39,121 nucleotides of DNA. Source: Limisphaerales bacterium (GTDB lineage: Bacteria > Verrucomicrobiota > Verrucomicrobiia > Limisphaerales > SIBE01). The DNA lies in contig JBGAIN010000070.1 of the NCBI GenBank assembly GCA_044225505.1, forward strand, positions 1-39,121, given 5' to 3'. The notes under the pieces are model-generated. The model made no database searches, had not been told where the DNA came from, and worked only from the letters and a program-made list of their open reading frames with translations. The translations under genes and the position numbers were made by a program. How positions within the stretch are numbered: position 1 is the stretch's first letter; every line of letters starts with the position of its first letter. This document shows, one piece after another, positions 27,883 to 38,298 of this stretch.

Positions 27883-29439
27883 TTAGGATCCGACCACGGA
27901 CAAGCTCAAGGCCTCGGTTTCGGTTGGGAGTGGATCGCTTGACCCTGTTGATCCAAGGCCGCCGTTCGACTCGGGGATGCGACCGTTTACCAATCTAACC
28001 AGGGCATCCACAGTGCCGCGAAGAACTTCAGCCTGTGTGGATAAATCTGCGGCGGCGCTCGCACTTTCTTCGGCGTTGGCGGCGTTGTGTTGTGTGACTT
28101 GATCCATCTCGGTAACGGCGTTCCCGACCTCCTCGATCCCTTGGCTCTGTTCACGAGAGGCAACTGCTATCTCGCCCACAAGCTGATCCATCTGACGCGC
28201 TTTGCTTCGAATCTCGGTCAGACTCTTTGAGACTCTCGTGCTGATAACCGCACCGTGACGGCTCTTTTGGATGGAATCTTCAATCTTAGCCGCGGTCTCT
28301 TTGGCCGCACGCGCGCTGCGCTGTGCCAGGTTGCGGACCTCGTCCGCGACGACGGCAAATCCCATTCCAGCTTCGCCCGCACGCGCTGCTTCGACCGCTG
28401 CGTTCAACGCTAGGATATTGGTTTGGAAGGCGATCTGATCGATCGTCTTGATTATCTCAGCCACGTTGTCGCCACCGGATTTGATTTCAGCCATGGCCGC
28501 ATTCATTTGTTCCATGTCCTGCGAGCCTGTGTCCGCGGCGAGGCGCGTTTGATCTGCTAGGTCCTTGGCTGCGGCCGCGTTCTGGGCGGTGAGTTTGATC
28601 CTGTGGGACATTTCTTTAAAAGCAGCGCTCGTCTTCTCAAGTGATCCTGCTTGTTGGCTTGCCCCTTGAGCTAATGATTCGCTGGACTCAGAGAAATTCC
28701 CGGCGACGTTTGCTAAATCTTGGGAACGCCCGAGTAAGTCATGCGTGATCGCCGAAATCGGTCGTGCAATGAGCCGATCGACAAAGAGAGCCACCAGTCC
28801 GATTAGCCCCCCCACCGCAGCGAGAGTAGTTAAAACCCCAAGTTTAAGATTGGACTGGCGAATTCCAGCAACTGCCCCGGTCCACTGCCGCTCTGAGTCG
28901 GCCAGAGCCGCGGTCGAGTAGCGGAACAGCGTTATTCCGCCTAGTTGGCCTTGCTGAAGATTATCGTGGCATTCCAGACATTTGGTGTTGGTAACGAGCG
29001 GCTGAAAGATCTCGAATGCGTCCGGCGTCTGTCGTTCCACTTTCTTCTCTGTCGAAAGCAATTGGGTTCTGACGTCCTCTTGGAGCGACCGTTTCGCTTT
29101 AAGCAGAGCCACGTCAGTCGAGTAGGCGATCTGCCCTTGCTTGTCATAGAGAGAGTATTCAAGAAGGCCCTGCAGGGTGCCAAAATCCTTCATTTGCGCT
29201 TCCAGTTGACTCATCTCTCCCTGCTCGATTGAGTCTGCCATTGCGCGATGGACAGCGAACTGCAGGTTATGCGCATGTTCTGTTTCGCGAGTTTTGAGGG
29301 CGGTCGCATTCTGGTCCGCAAACTGACGCAGAACAACTCGTGTCTGATATTGCTGCAGGCACTGGGCAGAAGTGAGAACAAGAAGCAGACCCGAGGCAAA
29401 CGCCAGGATCAACTTAGCTTTCAGATTCAAATGTCGCAT
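27883..29439 (-). CDS. Methyl-accepting chemotaxis protein with a periplasmic heme-c motif
   Basis: Two TM segments flank a sensor containing CLECH (28966-28980); signalling hairpin [37 protein letters not shown]. Start placed at ATG 29439. Confidence 0.92.
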   Translation of the reverse strand: MRHLNLKAKLILAFASGLLLVLTSAQCLQQYQTRVVLRQFADQNATALKTRETEHAHNLQFAVHRAMADSIEQGEMSQLEAQMKDFGTLQGLLEYSLYDKQGQIAYSTDVALLKAKRSLQEDVRTQLLSTEKKVERQTPDAFEIFQPLVTNTKCLECHDNLQQGQLGGITLFRYSTAALADSERQWTGAVAGIRQSNLKLGVLTTLAAVGGLIGLVALFVDRLIARPISAITHDLLGRSQDLANVAGNFSESSESLAQGASQQAGSLEKTSAAFKEMSHRIKLTAQNAAAAKDLADQTRLAADTGSQDMEQMNAAMAEIKSGGDNVAEIIKTIDQIAFQTNILALNAAVEAARAGEAGMGFAVVADEVRNLAQRSARAAKETAAKIEDSIQKSRHGAVISTRVSKSLTEIRSKARQMDQLVGEIAVASREQSQGIEEVGNAVTEMDQVTQHNAANAEESASAAADLSTQAEVLRGTVDALVRLVNGRIPESNGGLGSTGSSDPLPTETEALSLSVVGS

Positions 29440-29476
29440 ACAAAGGCCTCGATACCCTTTCTTGATGCATGCCCCA

Positions 29477-29495
29477 CTTTGACTAGGGGTCAAAG
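29477..29495. promoter_or_regulatory. Palindromic operator-like site upstream of the MCP
   Basis: CTTTGAC-TAGGG-GTCAAAG, perfect 7-bp arms, about 40-55 nt upstream of the MCP ATG. Confidence 0.4.
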
Positions 29496-29718
29496 CAATG
29501 CAATCGGTCAATATGAGCTATCGGAAGAAAACCTCATCTACTTTAGGGGCATGGTAAGAGGGAGTGATGGATGATAAACTGCATCTACGTCAGGTGGAGT
29601 GTGATTGGGCGCGATGCCGTGTTCGAACTGGCTTCGGCGCAAGCGGTGGCGCTGACGCGGCAGGCTTGAAGGAGGCGCGTGCAAGAGCCGCCAGGGCATC
29701 GGAACAATCCTAGGTCAA

Positions 29719-32700
29719 CTAATAGCCGCGTTTCGAAACGCCAAGCTTCGCGAGGTAAACGGACGCCTTGCCTTCGTGTGAGGAGTAGTAAGTCATCCAG
29801 AGCTGGTTCTCATGACAGACTAGACCAGGATACCCTGTATCTCCACCACTCGGAAGCACGAGTTCTCGCACGGCGCTAGTTCTGGAGAGCATGCCGACTC
29901 CGGTGAAAGGAGAGAGACGGAAGTCTCTGCCGGAGTAGATCATGCGTTCGCCATCGAAGGGAATGAAGTTGGGACCCTGGACGATCGGTCCCGGCATTCT
30001 CCAGTCCCAGTCGATATACGGAGGTTGACTGGTTCCCAGGAATGCTGGGCTAGTTCCGCGTTCATTGCGGACGAGTGCAACCATGGTGTGGTCCGGCAGG
30101 AAGCGAACGGTCGTCTCGTCCGGCCAACAGGCGCGGGGTAACGTCGGCGCAACTATTTTGGTGTAGTTGACACCGTCTTGGGTTCTCCAGAGTGATAGCG
30201 AAACGTCCTCCGCCGGCACGTTAAAAGTGTAGCCGAACCCATACCCGAACGATCCGTGCCAAGTGACTCGCCAGAGCCATTCCCCTTCAACAGAGACCGG
30301 TTGCGGTGCAGTCCAGACCAGGCCGTCGTTGGAAAACGCGACGTGCGTGCGCGCACTTTCCCAGACTCGTTGCTCGGGTCCCTCGTTGCCATGATAAATC
30401 GATCCTCCCATGACCAGCATGAGACGACCGTCTGGTGTGATACAGAGTTTTGGATCGCGGAGATCCACACCATTTTGCGCCACAACAGCGACGCTCGACC
30501 AATGCTCACCCGTGGCACTGTGCAAGACTCGAATCACGCCATTGTTACCGGGAATATGACCACTGCCTTCGCGAAAAACGCAATACCAAGCGCCTTGATA
30601 CCTTGCGAGGTCGGTAAACGCGTTGTGTGGCCCGCTATCCCAGATCTTTTGAAACTCCAAGAGCTCTAGCGAGGGACCGTCTCCGGATGGTCCAGCGAGG
30701 CGCGATAGAACTTGGAAAGGTGGTTCATGGGGCTCACCCCACACGCGTTGGGTGAAAAAGTTAAACAGAAAAATGCCATCCGCTCCGTCTTTCCAACGTT
30801 CGCGGGCGAACTGGAGATAGCCTCCTGGCCCCAGACAATACTCGCATCGCGTCGTTGAAGCGGAAGGTCGTGTCTCTGGTTGGATTCCTGCATAGATCGG
30901 AATGCCAGGCAGATTCTGCTTCCATTCGCTGATGCCGAGCGTCTCAGCTGTAAATAGCCATCCACTGACCGTAATAAAATCGATCCAGCTCCGATTTGCC
31001 CAATCCGCAGGATCGCAGCCCAACCGGCGGGCCTTTTCATAGGTGGGCGGTTGCTGATCATAGCCGGAGGGCATGCGCGCGGCAAGGAGCAGGCGGTGTC
31101 CACGCCTAGCGCTTTCCTCATCCAGCATGCGCCGAACACGTTCGACCAACGTACTCATCCTTTGGATCCGGAAGTCCATTTGTTCGGGCCCGTTCTCTTT
31201 GAAGAATGTTGGAAAGCGTTGGAAATCGAGTTCAAGGCCATCGCAGTCGTAACGTTGGACAGCCTCTTCGATCAGCCGAAAGATGTAGTCTCGGACTTCC
31301 TCGTGCCCGAAATCAAGGGCGCCGTTCGGCAGACGGAACTCTGGATGATCTCGCCAAAAGGCTGTGCGAAGGAAATCGTTGCCATGGGCGTCGTTCATCC
31401 GAAAGGTGAGGAGAGTCTCGAGCCCTTGGCGCTTCGCCTCCGTCATGATCAGGGCGTAAGGATCAGTGCCACTGCTATAGAATCGTTCCATGTTCACGAA
31501 GCGCTGCTGTTCCTGGAACGGCCATTCCGCACGTTCTTCGGGCGTGGAGAGTGAGCCGCGCATTGTACCGACGGTCGTCGGGTAATACATAACCTGCGCA
31601 TTGACGCAAACCAGAAGCGTATCCACTTGGCTCCCAGGTTGGGTGAGTTCGGCAACCAGTCGTGTTAAGTCACTGTTTTGGACAGGCCCTGGTCCTCGGC
31701 GACCGCCGATAAGTGTCATGCACGAATCTCCATCCAGATTGTATAGAATCCGGCGAACCTTATTCGTTGGAGAAGTATTCCCGACAACGGCCCGCGAGAG
31801 CGCGGTGGCGAGCGGGTGCGCAGCGAGCCCGCGTTCGCTTGTGTCGTATTGATTCGAAAGATCGAACGCCATCATACCCCCAAAGCCCTCTGCGGCAGCC
31901 CAAGTGCAGATTTCTCGAATGGCCCTATCACCCGTATAGCTTATGAACTCGTTCAAGGCTGGGATACTGAGATACTCAGCCCGATACCTTGAGTCCCATG
32001 CTTGATAGTCCGTTCGCCATCGCGCAGGATCCTGCACCAACTCGCCGTAATTTATCCACCCACTAACCTTGGAGCCTTGGACTTGGAGCGGGGCGATAGC
32101 GCCGGTCCAACGCCGCCCGAAAAAAGGTAGACCGATCCCGAGCTTACCTCGGGCAACGCCCGCTCGGAGGAACGGCTCGACTCGCCAATCGCAAGTGGGT
32201 TGGGTGCGGTCGCCAGCTTGAAAGAGTGCCGAATTGTGCCACGTCCCGGAGTCGGCATTGTCCATGTCGTAGCACATGACATTGATATGGTCGACGACCG
32301 CCTGCGCCTGGGCCGAGACCGTATCGAGTTGATTCCAATTTCCGACGGCAATCGAAATCAATTTCGCTGGTCCGAAAGCAGCGCGAAGTCGGAAGAGGAA
32401 ATCGGTATATTGTCCAGGATGGACTTCGCTTTCCCAATCGACATCCACGCCATCGTAATGATGTGCGTCAACGAAAGTCACCGTGTTACGAACCCACACG
32501 TCGATCATCTCTGGGACTGTGGCTTCGCGGAAAGCGCCAGGATGTTGCGGATTGTCTTTGATCGTGAGAATCGCGCGCTTGCCCGCTGCATGGGCATTCG
32601 CCACGAATTCCCGAATCTCGTCGGCACTTAAACTCTTGGTTTCCAAAGTGCCGTTGCCGATCCCAACGGCGTTCACGCCGGGAGCGGCCGCGAAATGATT

Positions 32701-32994
32701 CACCTCGCTAAACAGAGACCATGGAATGGTACTTACCGGCATGATTGGGTTACGAGCTGGATAATAAGCGGTGACCCAAGGCGTTTTCTGGAAGGTGCGG
32801 GGTCTGCTCTGTCCCATACCGTCGATCTTGGGAGCGGCGGACTCCGCGGATGGAGTCTGACCAGTAACGTTGCTCTTGCCGAACACGCCGCCGAGGAACA
32901 GCCCGACGAGCAGCCAAAACGCTATTGATTGTCGGCGTAGCACATCGCATTCCGCGAATTTCCCATATGCCATACCGTAGTTGATCGACGGCAC
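29719..32994 (-). CDS. Secreted multi-catalytic glycoside hydrolase: GH18 + GHL10-like barrel + sialidase-like beta-propeller
   Basis: GH18 DGVDVDWE (32431-32454), VMCYD, IGLPFFGR, GGMMAFDL; second barrel TFRMND...LDF...RYDCDGLELDF; C-terminal HNAFTDL, FREG, DLRDPKL, WLWRVTW, LPSGGDTGYPG. Confidence 0.82.
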   Translation of the reverse strand: MPSINYGMAYGKFAECDVLRRQSIAFWLLVGLFLGGVFGKSNVTGQTPSAESAAPKIDGMGQSRPRTFQKTPWVTAYYPARNPIMPVSTIPWSLFSEVNHFAAAPGVNAVGIGNGTLETKSLSADEIREFVANAHAAGKRAILTIKDNPQHPGAFREATVPEMIDVWVRNTVTFVDAHHYDGVDVDWESEVHPGQYTDFLFRLRAAFGPAKLISIAVGNWNQLDTVSAQAQAVVDHINVMCYDMDNADSGTWHNSALFQAGDRTQPTCDWRVEPFLRAGVARGKLGIGLPFFGRRWTGAIAPLQVQGSKVSGWINYGELVQDPARWRTDYQAWDSRYRAEYLSIPALNEFISYTGDRAIREICTWAAAEGFGGMMAFDLSNQYDTSERGLAAHPLATALSRAVVGNTSPTNKVRRILYNLDGDSCMTLIGGRRGPGPVQNSDLTRLVAELTQPGSQVDTLLVCVNAQVMYYPTTVGTMRGSLSTPEERAEWPFQEQQRFVNMERFYSSGTDPYALIMTEAKRQGLETLLTFRMNDAHGNDFLRTAFWRDHPEFRLPNGALDFGHEEVRDYIFRLIEEAVQRYDCDGLELDFQRFPTFFKENGPEQMDFRIQRMSTLVERVRRMLDEESARRGHRLLLAARMPSGYDQQPPTYEKARRLGCDPADWANRSWIDFITVSGWLFTAETLGISEWKQNLPGIPIYAGIQPETRPSASTTRCEYCLGPGGYLQFARERWKDGADGIFLFNFFTQRVWGEPHEPPFQVLSRLAGPSGDGPSLELLEFQKIWDSGPHNAFTDLARYQGAWYCVFREGSGHIPGNNGVIRVLHSATGEHWSSVAVVAQNGVDLRDPKLCITPDGRLMLVMGGSIYHGNEGPEQRVWESARTHVAFSNDGLVWTAPQPVSVEGEWLWRVTWHGSFGYGFGYTFNVPAEDVSLSLWRTQDGVNYTKIVAPTLPRACWPDETTVRFLPDHTMVALVRNERGTSPAFLGTSQPPYIDWDWRMPGPIVQGPNFIPFDGERMIYSGRDFRLSPFTGVGMLSRTSAVRELVLPSGGDTGYPGLVCHENQLWMTYYSSHEGKASVYLAKLGVSKRGY

Positions 32995-33116
32995 GTGTCC
33001 GTCGTCAAGCGCGAAGCCGCGCAGGGCATGGCGTTTCGGTCTGTTGATTCCTATAATGCTCGACGGAATCTGCGTTCTGTTCCATCGTAAGGCTCCGAGC
33101 GTAACTTACACATCGC

Positions 33117-34148
33117 ATGAGAGTCCTAGCGGCTTGCCAGTCGTGGCGCCAAACGATCCTTAAAGTCAGGTTCAGCCGAGCTCGAGGAAGTTCTCGACTG
33201 GGCGCGATCTCTTGCGTGCTTTCAGTGGTGAACTTGCTTGAAATGGATGGACTCTTCAGCCGGGCCGCGGATTTGCTGCCCTCCCAAGCTTCGGCCTCTT
33301 TGGCAAGCCCCAATGCCCGTGTGGACGTTGTCGAACGATTCTCCGTTTGGCCAATTCAGGCGCCGGTGAGCAGTCATGAATCTGAAAACGTGCAGGTCAA
33401 TGTCTCGGTTTTTCGCCCGGCCAAACCGAATGGCGCGGCGATGATCATTTGTCCAGGAGGCGGCTATGGCGGACTGGTAACACGAGAAGAGGGGGAGGGG
33501 ATAGCGCGATGGCTCAATCGCCATGGGATTCTCGGGGTCGTTTTAGAATATCGGCTGCCGCATGGTCGAGCGTTTGTCCCATTGTTCGATGCCCAGCGAA
33601 CCATACGCTCGATACGCACTTATGCCAAACAGTGGGGCTGTGACCCTCACCGGATCGGAATTATTGGCTTCTCGGCCGGTGGACACCTCGCGGCAACCGC
33701 GGCGACGCATTTTGATTCGGGACGAGCAGATGCGTCCGACTGGGTCGAGCGAGTCAGCAGTCGGCCGGACTTCTCGGTTCTGATTTATCCGGTTATCAGC
33801 ATGGGGGATTTAGCGCATTCCGGGTCCAAGCGAAACCTGCTTGGGCCGTCGCCTTCCGAGGAATGGGTAACGGAGTTTTCGAACGAAAAGCAAGTAACGA
33901 CGCAGACGCCCCCGGCTTTTTTGGCCCACGCTCAGGACGATCGAGCGGTCCCTCCGATTCACAGCCGTCTGTTCTACGACTCCCTGCAACGCTGCAAAGT
34001 CCCCTCTAAATATCTGGAACTTCCCTCTGGGGATCATGGATTGAACGGTTACCAAGGGCCAATGTGGGATGCTTGGCAGAATGAAGTTTTGCGGTGGCTT
34101 GCCTCGCTTAAGATTATTCCAGAGCAGGATGTCGCATTGACTAATTGA
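33117..34148 (+). CDS. Alpha/beta hydrolase (acetylxylan/feruloyl esterase-like); start uncertain, possibly near 33243
   Basis: ICPGGGY, YRLP, GFSAGGHL (nucleophile), RPDF...YPVI, TPPAFLAHAQDD, GDHG. Confidence 0.9.
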   Translation: MRVLAACQSWRQTILKVRFSRARGSSRLGAISCVLSVVNLLEMDGLFSRAADLLPSQASASLASPNARVDVVERFSVWPIQAPVSSHESENVQVNVSVFRPAKPNGAAMIICPGGGYGGLVTREEGEGIARWLNRHGILGVVLEYRLPHGRAFVPLFDAQRTIRSIRTYAKQWGCDPHRIGIIGFSAGGHLAATAATHFDSGRADASDWVERVSSRPDFSVLIYPVISMGDLAHSGSKRNLLGPSPSEEWVTEFSNEKQVTTQTPPAFLAHAQDDRAVPPIHSRLFYDSLQRCKVPSKYLELPSGDHGLNGYQGPMWDAWQNEVLRWLASLKIIPEQDVALTN

Positions 34149-34265
34149 TTCGTGTGCAAATGCCAGGCGTGCGAGCATTTGATGAAGCCCTTGGGTCAGG
34201 CAAAACTGTTCTGCAAAAGCGAACGTCGCGTTGACGGTTGTTGACAGGCCATTTCTATTTTTACT

Positions 34266-35462
34266 GTGCCACATCGAATTTCATCTCCTCGACTCAGATT
34301 GCGCGGTCTGCAAGACAGGCTTACCGGGATTCCCATGGCAATCCTCGATCTCGCAATCGACGTCATTTCCAGAACCGACCAACGTCATCCAGCGGATCAG
34401 ATGATGCGCGACGTTATGAAAGCTAACCGGGATCTGGGCGCTCGGGACGCAGCGGCGGTCGCGCGCGCGGTTTTCCGTTACTTTCGTTGGCAAGGATGGC
34501 TGGATGATCGAGATCCGCTTGCCGATCAGATTGGCGAGGCTGCGCAGTGGGCGGAGAACTTTCGTCGGGAGCCTCAGCGATTCTCCAATGAGGATCTGGC
34601 ATCGCGCGCTATTCCCGCTTGGACGCATCAGGAGTTGAAAGTGGATCCAGCTTGGTTGCGTGCTTTGCAGACGGAGCCAGCGCTTTGGCTGCGGGCCCGT
34701 CCGGGCCAAGGCGATGCTCTCGCCGCCAAACTCGGCCATTCCCGCAGCACCCGTCTGGGAGGGCACCAAGACGCCCTCGTTTATACAGGTGACGAGGACT
34801 TGTTCCGCTCGCCTGAATTCCACGCAGGGGAGTTTGAGGTGCACGATTTGAGTTCTCAGGCAGTTGGATTCATCTGCGCCCCACGTTCCGGTGAGACGTG
34901 GTGGGATGCGTGTGCGGGCGAAGGAGGGAAGCTGCTGCACCTTTCCGACTTGATGGAGAACCGTGGCCTGATTTGGGCGACCGACCGCGCGGCGTGGCGC
35001 TTGTCGAAACTTCGACGCAGGGCAGCGCGTGCCCGCGTTTTTAACTATAGGGCTGTGATTTGGTCGGATCCAGGGAAACCCCCGACAAAGACCAAGTTTG
35101 ATGGGGTTCTGGTGGATGCGCCCTGCAGCGGGGTGGGAACATGGCAACGGAATCCGCACGCACGTTGGTCGACGGATCCCCAAGACGTCGCCGAACTGGC
35201 GGCTGTTCAGAAAAATTTGCTGACCGTGGCATCGTCGAGTGTTAAACCAGGAGGCAGGCTGGTGTATTCGGTGTGTACCCTGACCCGGTCTGAAACCCAA
35301 GAGGTTGCGGATCACTTTGAGAAAATGGCGCCTGGATTTGAACCTCTCACCATCTCTCATCCGCTTCGACCGAAAGCATCACCGAGCGCACGACTGCAAA
35401 TGGTTCCCCAAGACGACGGCGGCAATGGAATGTTCGTCGCGATGTGGAAGCGCGTTCAGTGA
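34266..35462 (+). CDS. RsmB/NOP-family RNA (cytosine-5)-methyltransferase
   Basis: [38 protein letters not shown] (both catalytic Cys present). Start could be ATG 34335. Confidence 0.9.
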   Translation: MPHRISSPRLRLRGLQDRLTGIPMAILDLAIDVISRTDQRHPADQMMRDVMKANRDLGARDAAAVARAVFRYFRWQGWLDDRDPLADQIGEAAQWAENFRREPQRFSNEDLASRAIPAWTHQELKVDPAWLRALQTEPALWLRARPGQGDALAAKLGHSRSTRLGGHQDALVYTGDEDLFRSPEFHAGEFEVHDLSSQAVGFICAPRSGETWWDACAGEGGKLLHLSDLMENRGLIWATDRAAWRLSKLRRRAARARVFNYRAVIWSDPGKPPTKTKFDGVLVDAPCSGVGTWQRNPHARWSTDPQDVAELAAVQKNLLTVASSSVKPGGRLVYSVCTLTRSETQEVADHFEKMAPGFEPLTISHPLRPKASPSARLQMVPQDDGGNGMFVAMWKRVQ

Positions 35463-35509
35463 CAAAAACGTGCTGGACAACGCCGAGTCGCCGCTCGCAC
35501 CTTCTGATT

Positions 35510-36370
35510 ATGAAACGGACGAGATGCGGAGGTTGCGGCTGCTTCTCTGAGTTGCCTTCGATAAGGAGAAGTGCAGGTGGATTCACGCTCATTGAGCTGC
35601 TGGTTGTCATTGCTATCATCGCGATCCTGGCGGGAATGCTTTTACCGGCCCTGTCCAAAGCGAAGACGAAAGCCCAGGGGATCTATTGCATGAATAACAT
35701 CAAGCAACTCCAACTCGGTTGGATAATGTACGCCGATGACTATCAGGACTCCATGCCCGGCGTGAACGGTGGGTCGGTTGCGTCGGATGTTTGGGTTTCG
35801 GGAGCTTTGGATTTTGCGGCGAATAATCCTGCCAATACGAACACACTGTATCTTCTCGACCCGAAGTACGCCCAGATCGGGCCGTATTTGCGAACGGCTG
35901 CCTCTTACCGTTGCCCAGCGGACCAGAGTGCGACTAAATTTGGGGCTCGGCTATTGCCAAGAGTGCGAAGTGTTTCTGCTAACATGTGGATGAATTACCT
36001 GGGCGGGGCGGCCGTGGGCCAGGACAAGTATCGAATCTTCAAGAAAACCGGGGACCTAGGCGTCATGGGGGCGGCCAATGCATGGGTCTTTCTCGATGAA
36101 CGCGAAGACAGCATTAACGATGGCCTGTTTCAGACAGATCTTAAGAATCGGGGTCCTGCCGGAATCATTGTCGATTACCCGGCTAGCTATCACAACCGGG
36201 CGGCTGGATTCTCCTTCGCGGATGGTCACGCGCAGATCAAGAAGTGGGTCGACCCTCGCACCTGTCCGGTTTTGAAGAAGGGGCAATTCCTGCCGCTTAA
36301 TGTGAAGTCGGCCAACAACCAGGATCTCGCCTGGCTGCAGGAACGGTCTAGTATCGCCAAAGACCAGTGA
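35510..36370 (+). CDS. Second prepilin-type N-terminal cleavage/methylation protein with an H-X9-DG motif
   Basis: [65 protein letters not shown]. Confidence 0.92.
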   Translation: MKRTRCGGCGCFSELPSIRRSAGGFTLIELLVVIAIIAILAGMLLPALSKAKTKAQGIYCMNNIKQLQLGWIMYADDYQDSMPGVNGGSVASDVWVSGALDFAANNPANTNTLYLLDPKYAQIGPYLRTAASYRCPADQSATKFGARLLPRVRSVSANMWMNYLGGAAVGQDKYRIFKKTGDLGVMGAANAWVFLDEREDSINDGLFQTDLKNRGPAGIIVDYPASYHNRAAGFSFADGHAQIKKWVDPRTCPVLKKGQFLPLNVKSANNQDLAWLQERSSIAKDQ

Positions 36371-36385
36371 GGTTCGGCAGAGTCA

Positions 36386-36444
36386 CGACCTGGGAAGGTC
36401 GCGAGACTTCGATGGCAGGTGCGTCGGGGGCGTGAGGTCGTCGG
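36386..36444. repeat. Dispersed repeat, copy 2 (REP-like)
   Basis: Shares CGACCTGGGAAGGTCG and GCGTGAGGTCG at identical spacing with 4902-4960; begins about 15 nt after a stop codon, between convergent genes. Confidence 0.75.
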
Positions 36445-36755
36445 TTGCGATCCTCGTTCGTCGTTCCCTGGTTGACCTTCCGTTGAAGAACGTTTGCCAC
36501 GATTTTCCTTGGTCATGATCCAGCGGCGGAGAGGGCCGACTTTGGGTGGTGGCCAGCTTTCAGCCGCCACACGGTTTGGTCGGTGCTGACCGCGGGCATT
36601 CTGGTTCGAAGTGGCTTTGACGGTGAACGCTGCGGGCTCTGCCTGCGTTGACCTTGGCATTGGACATTGGCCTGGAGCGAGGCCAAGCCTCGGCCGATCA
36701 GCAATTCCTGATCGGACTGCGCTGAGCGCGGTGAACCGAGTTGATCGGAAGCGGA

Positions 36756-37526
36756 TTAGCCGTAGCGGCCTTCGATGTATTCCGCGGTCTTTGGATTCTT
36801 GGGAGTGAGGAAGAGGTCGCCCGTGCGGCTGTGCTCGAGGATCTTGCCCAAAAGCATAAAGATGCATTCGTCGCTGGCGCGGCGGGCCTGCGCCATATTG
36901 TGCGTGACGATGAGGATCGTGTAGCGCCCGCGCAGTTCAAACATTAGTTCTTCGATTGCGCGTGTGCCCGCGACGTCCAACGCGCTGCATGGTTCATCCA
37001 TAAGGATGATTTCCGGTTTCAGTGGAAGGAGCCGCGCGATGCAAAGCTTTTGCTGTTGTTCCAACTGTAGCGCGGTGGCTCGGTCTTTCAGGCGGTCTTT
37101 GAGATCTGACCATAGGCCAACTTCCTTCAACGACGATTCCACCGCTTCATCCAAATCGGATCGTTTAAGGCGTTGCTGGCGATGGATGCGCAGTCCAAAA
37201 ACAACGTTTTCATAAACGGAGATGGGCAGGGGATTGGGACGCTGGAACACCATGCCGATTGCTTTGCGAAGCTCGATTAATGAGACGTCGGGATCGTATA
37301 TATTCTTTCCCAGAAGCCGGATCTCACCCTTGGTGGTAACGTTTTCGTAGCGCTCATTGATACGGTTGAAGCAGCGGAGGAGTGTGGTTTTTCCGCAACC
37401 ACTTGGGCCAATCAACGAAGTGATCAGGCCGTGCTTGATGTTGACGCTGACGTTGAGGAGCGCCTGGAAAGTGCCGTACCAGAGGCACAGATCCCGGGTC
37501 GTGATGCTATTATCTGTGTCACTCAT
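36756..37526 (-). CDS. pstB: Phosphate ABC transporter ATP-binding protein (degenerate signature motif)
   Basis: GPSGCGKT, GMVFQRPNP, ILMDEPCSALD, IVTHNM, YIEGRYG; signature reads LQLEQ. Confidence 0.92.
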   Translation of the reverse strand: MSDTDNSITTRDLCLWYGTFQALLNVSVNIKHGLITSLIGPSGCGKTTLLRCFNRINERYENVTTKGEIRLLGKNIYDPDVSLIELRKAIGMVFQRPNPLPISVYENVVFGLRIHRQQRLKRSDLDEAVESSLKEVGLWSDLKDRLKDRATALQLEQQQKLCIARLLPLKPEIILMDEPCSALDVAGTRAIEELMFELRGRYTILIVTHNMAQARRASDECIFMLLGKILEHSRTGDLFLTPKNPKTAEYIEGRYG

Positions 37527-38284
37527 CCGAAAATCCCGTTGACGTAATCAAACGTTTGCCGCTTTCCCGGATTTTCGGAAAACACAACCTCCGTGGGATT
37601 GACTTCGATCACATCGCCATTCCAGAGGAAGAGCGTACGGTCAGCCAAGCGGCGTGCTTGTTGGACAAGATTGGTGACGAGAATGATGGTCATTTCGGCT
37701 TTGAGTTCCCGGAGGACGTCCTCGATTCGCATCGTTGTCACGGGATCAATGGCGATGCTGAACTCGTCGAGACATAGAATCTCGGGCTGATGAGAGAGCG
37801 CGCGAGCGATGGTTAATCGCTGCTGCTGTCCACCGGAAAGTTTTGTTCCCAAGCTGCCTAGTCGATCTTTGACCTCTTCCCACAAGGCGGCCTGACGGAG
37901 ACATTTCTCGACCAAAGCGTCTAATTCCTGTTTCCGACGAAGACCGGCAGCGCGTGGGGCAAAGGCGACGTTGTCGTAGATTGACAAAGGCAAACCGACG
38001 GGCAGCGGTGCAACCATGCCAACGCGTCGGCGCAATTCGTAGACGTTGCGCATCGCCCAGACGTCGATTCCTTCAACGGCTACTCGCCCCGAGACCTTGG
38101 CATTTGGACTAAAATCAATGGTGCGGTTAATGCACCGCAGCAAGGAGGTTTTCCCTGATTGCGCGGGCCCGATAATGCCGAAGACCTCGTTCGGCTGAAT
38201 CTCGAACGAGATGCCATGCAAAACCTCGTTATCGCCATAAGCCAATCGAAGGTTTTCGATCTGTATTTTGGGCTGAGCCTGCAT
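37523..38284 (-). CDS. pstB: Second phosphate ABC transporter ATP-binding protein (degenerate Q-loop and H-loop)
   Basis: GPAQSGKT, LSGGQQQRL, LCLDEF, YVNGIFG. Start at ATG 38284 or GTG 38305; the ORF-track extension to 38662 overlaps pstA and is not credible. Confidence 0.88.
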   Translation of the reverse strand: MQAQPKIQIENLRLAYGDNEVLHGISFEIQPNEVFGIIGPAQSGKTSLLRCINRTIDFSPNAKVSGRVAVEGIDVWAMRNVYELRRRVGMVAPLPVGLPLSIYDNVAFAPRAAGLRRKQELDALVEKCLRQAALWEEVKDRLGSLGTKLSGGQQQRLTIARALSHQPEILCLDEFSIAIDPVTTMRIEDVLRELKAEMTIILVTNLVQQARRLADRTLFLWNGDVIEVNPTEVVFSENPGKRQTFDYVNGIFG

Positions 38285-38298
38285 CGCGAGAACGCTGG

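Noticed and set aside
34231..34267. TTGACG/TTGACA as a sigma70 promoter for the RsmB-family gene
   Set aside because: No good -10 hexamer at 16-18 bp spacing; not supportable by eye.
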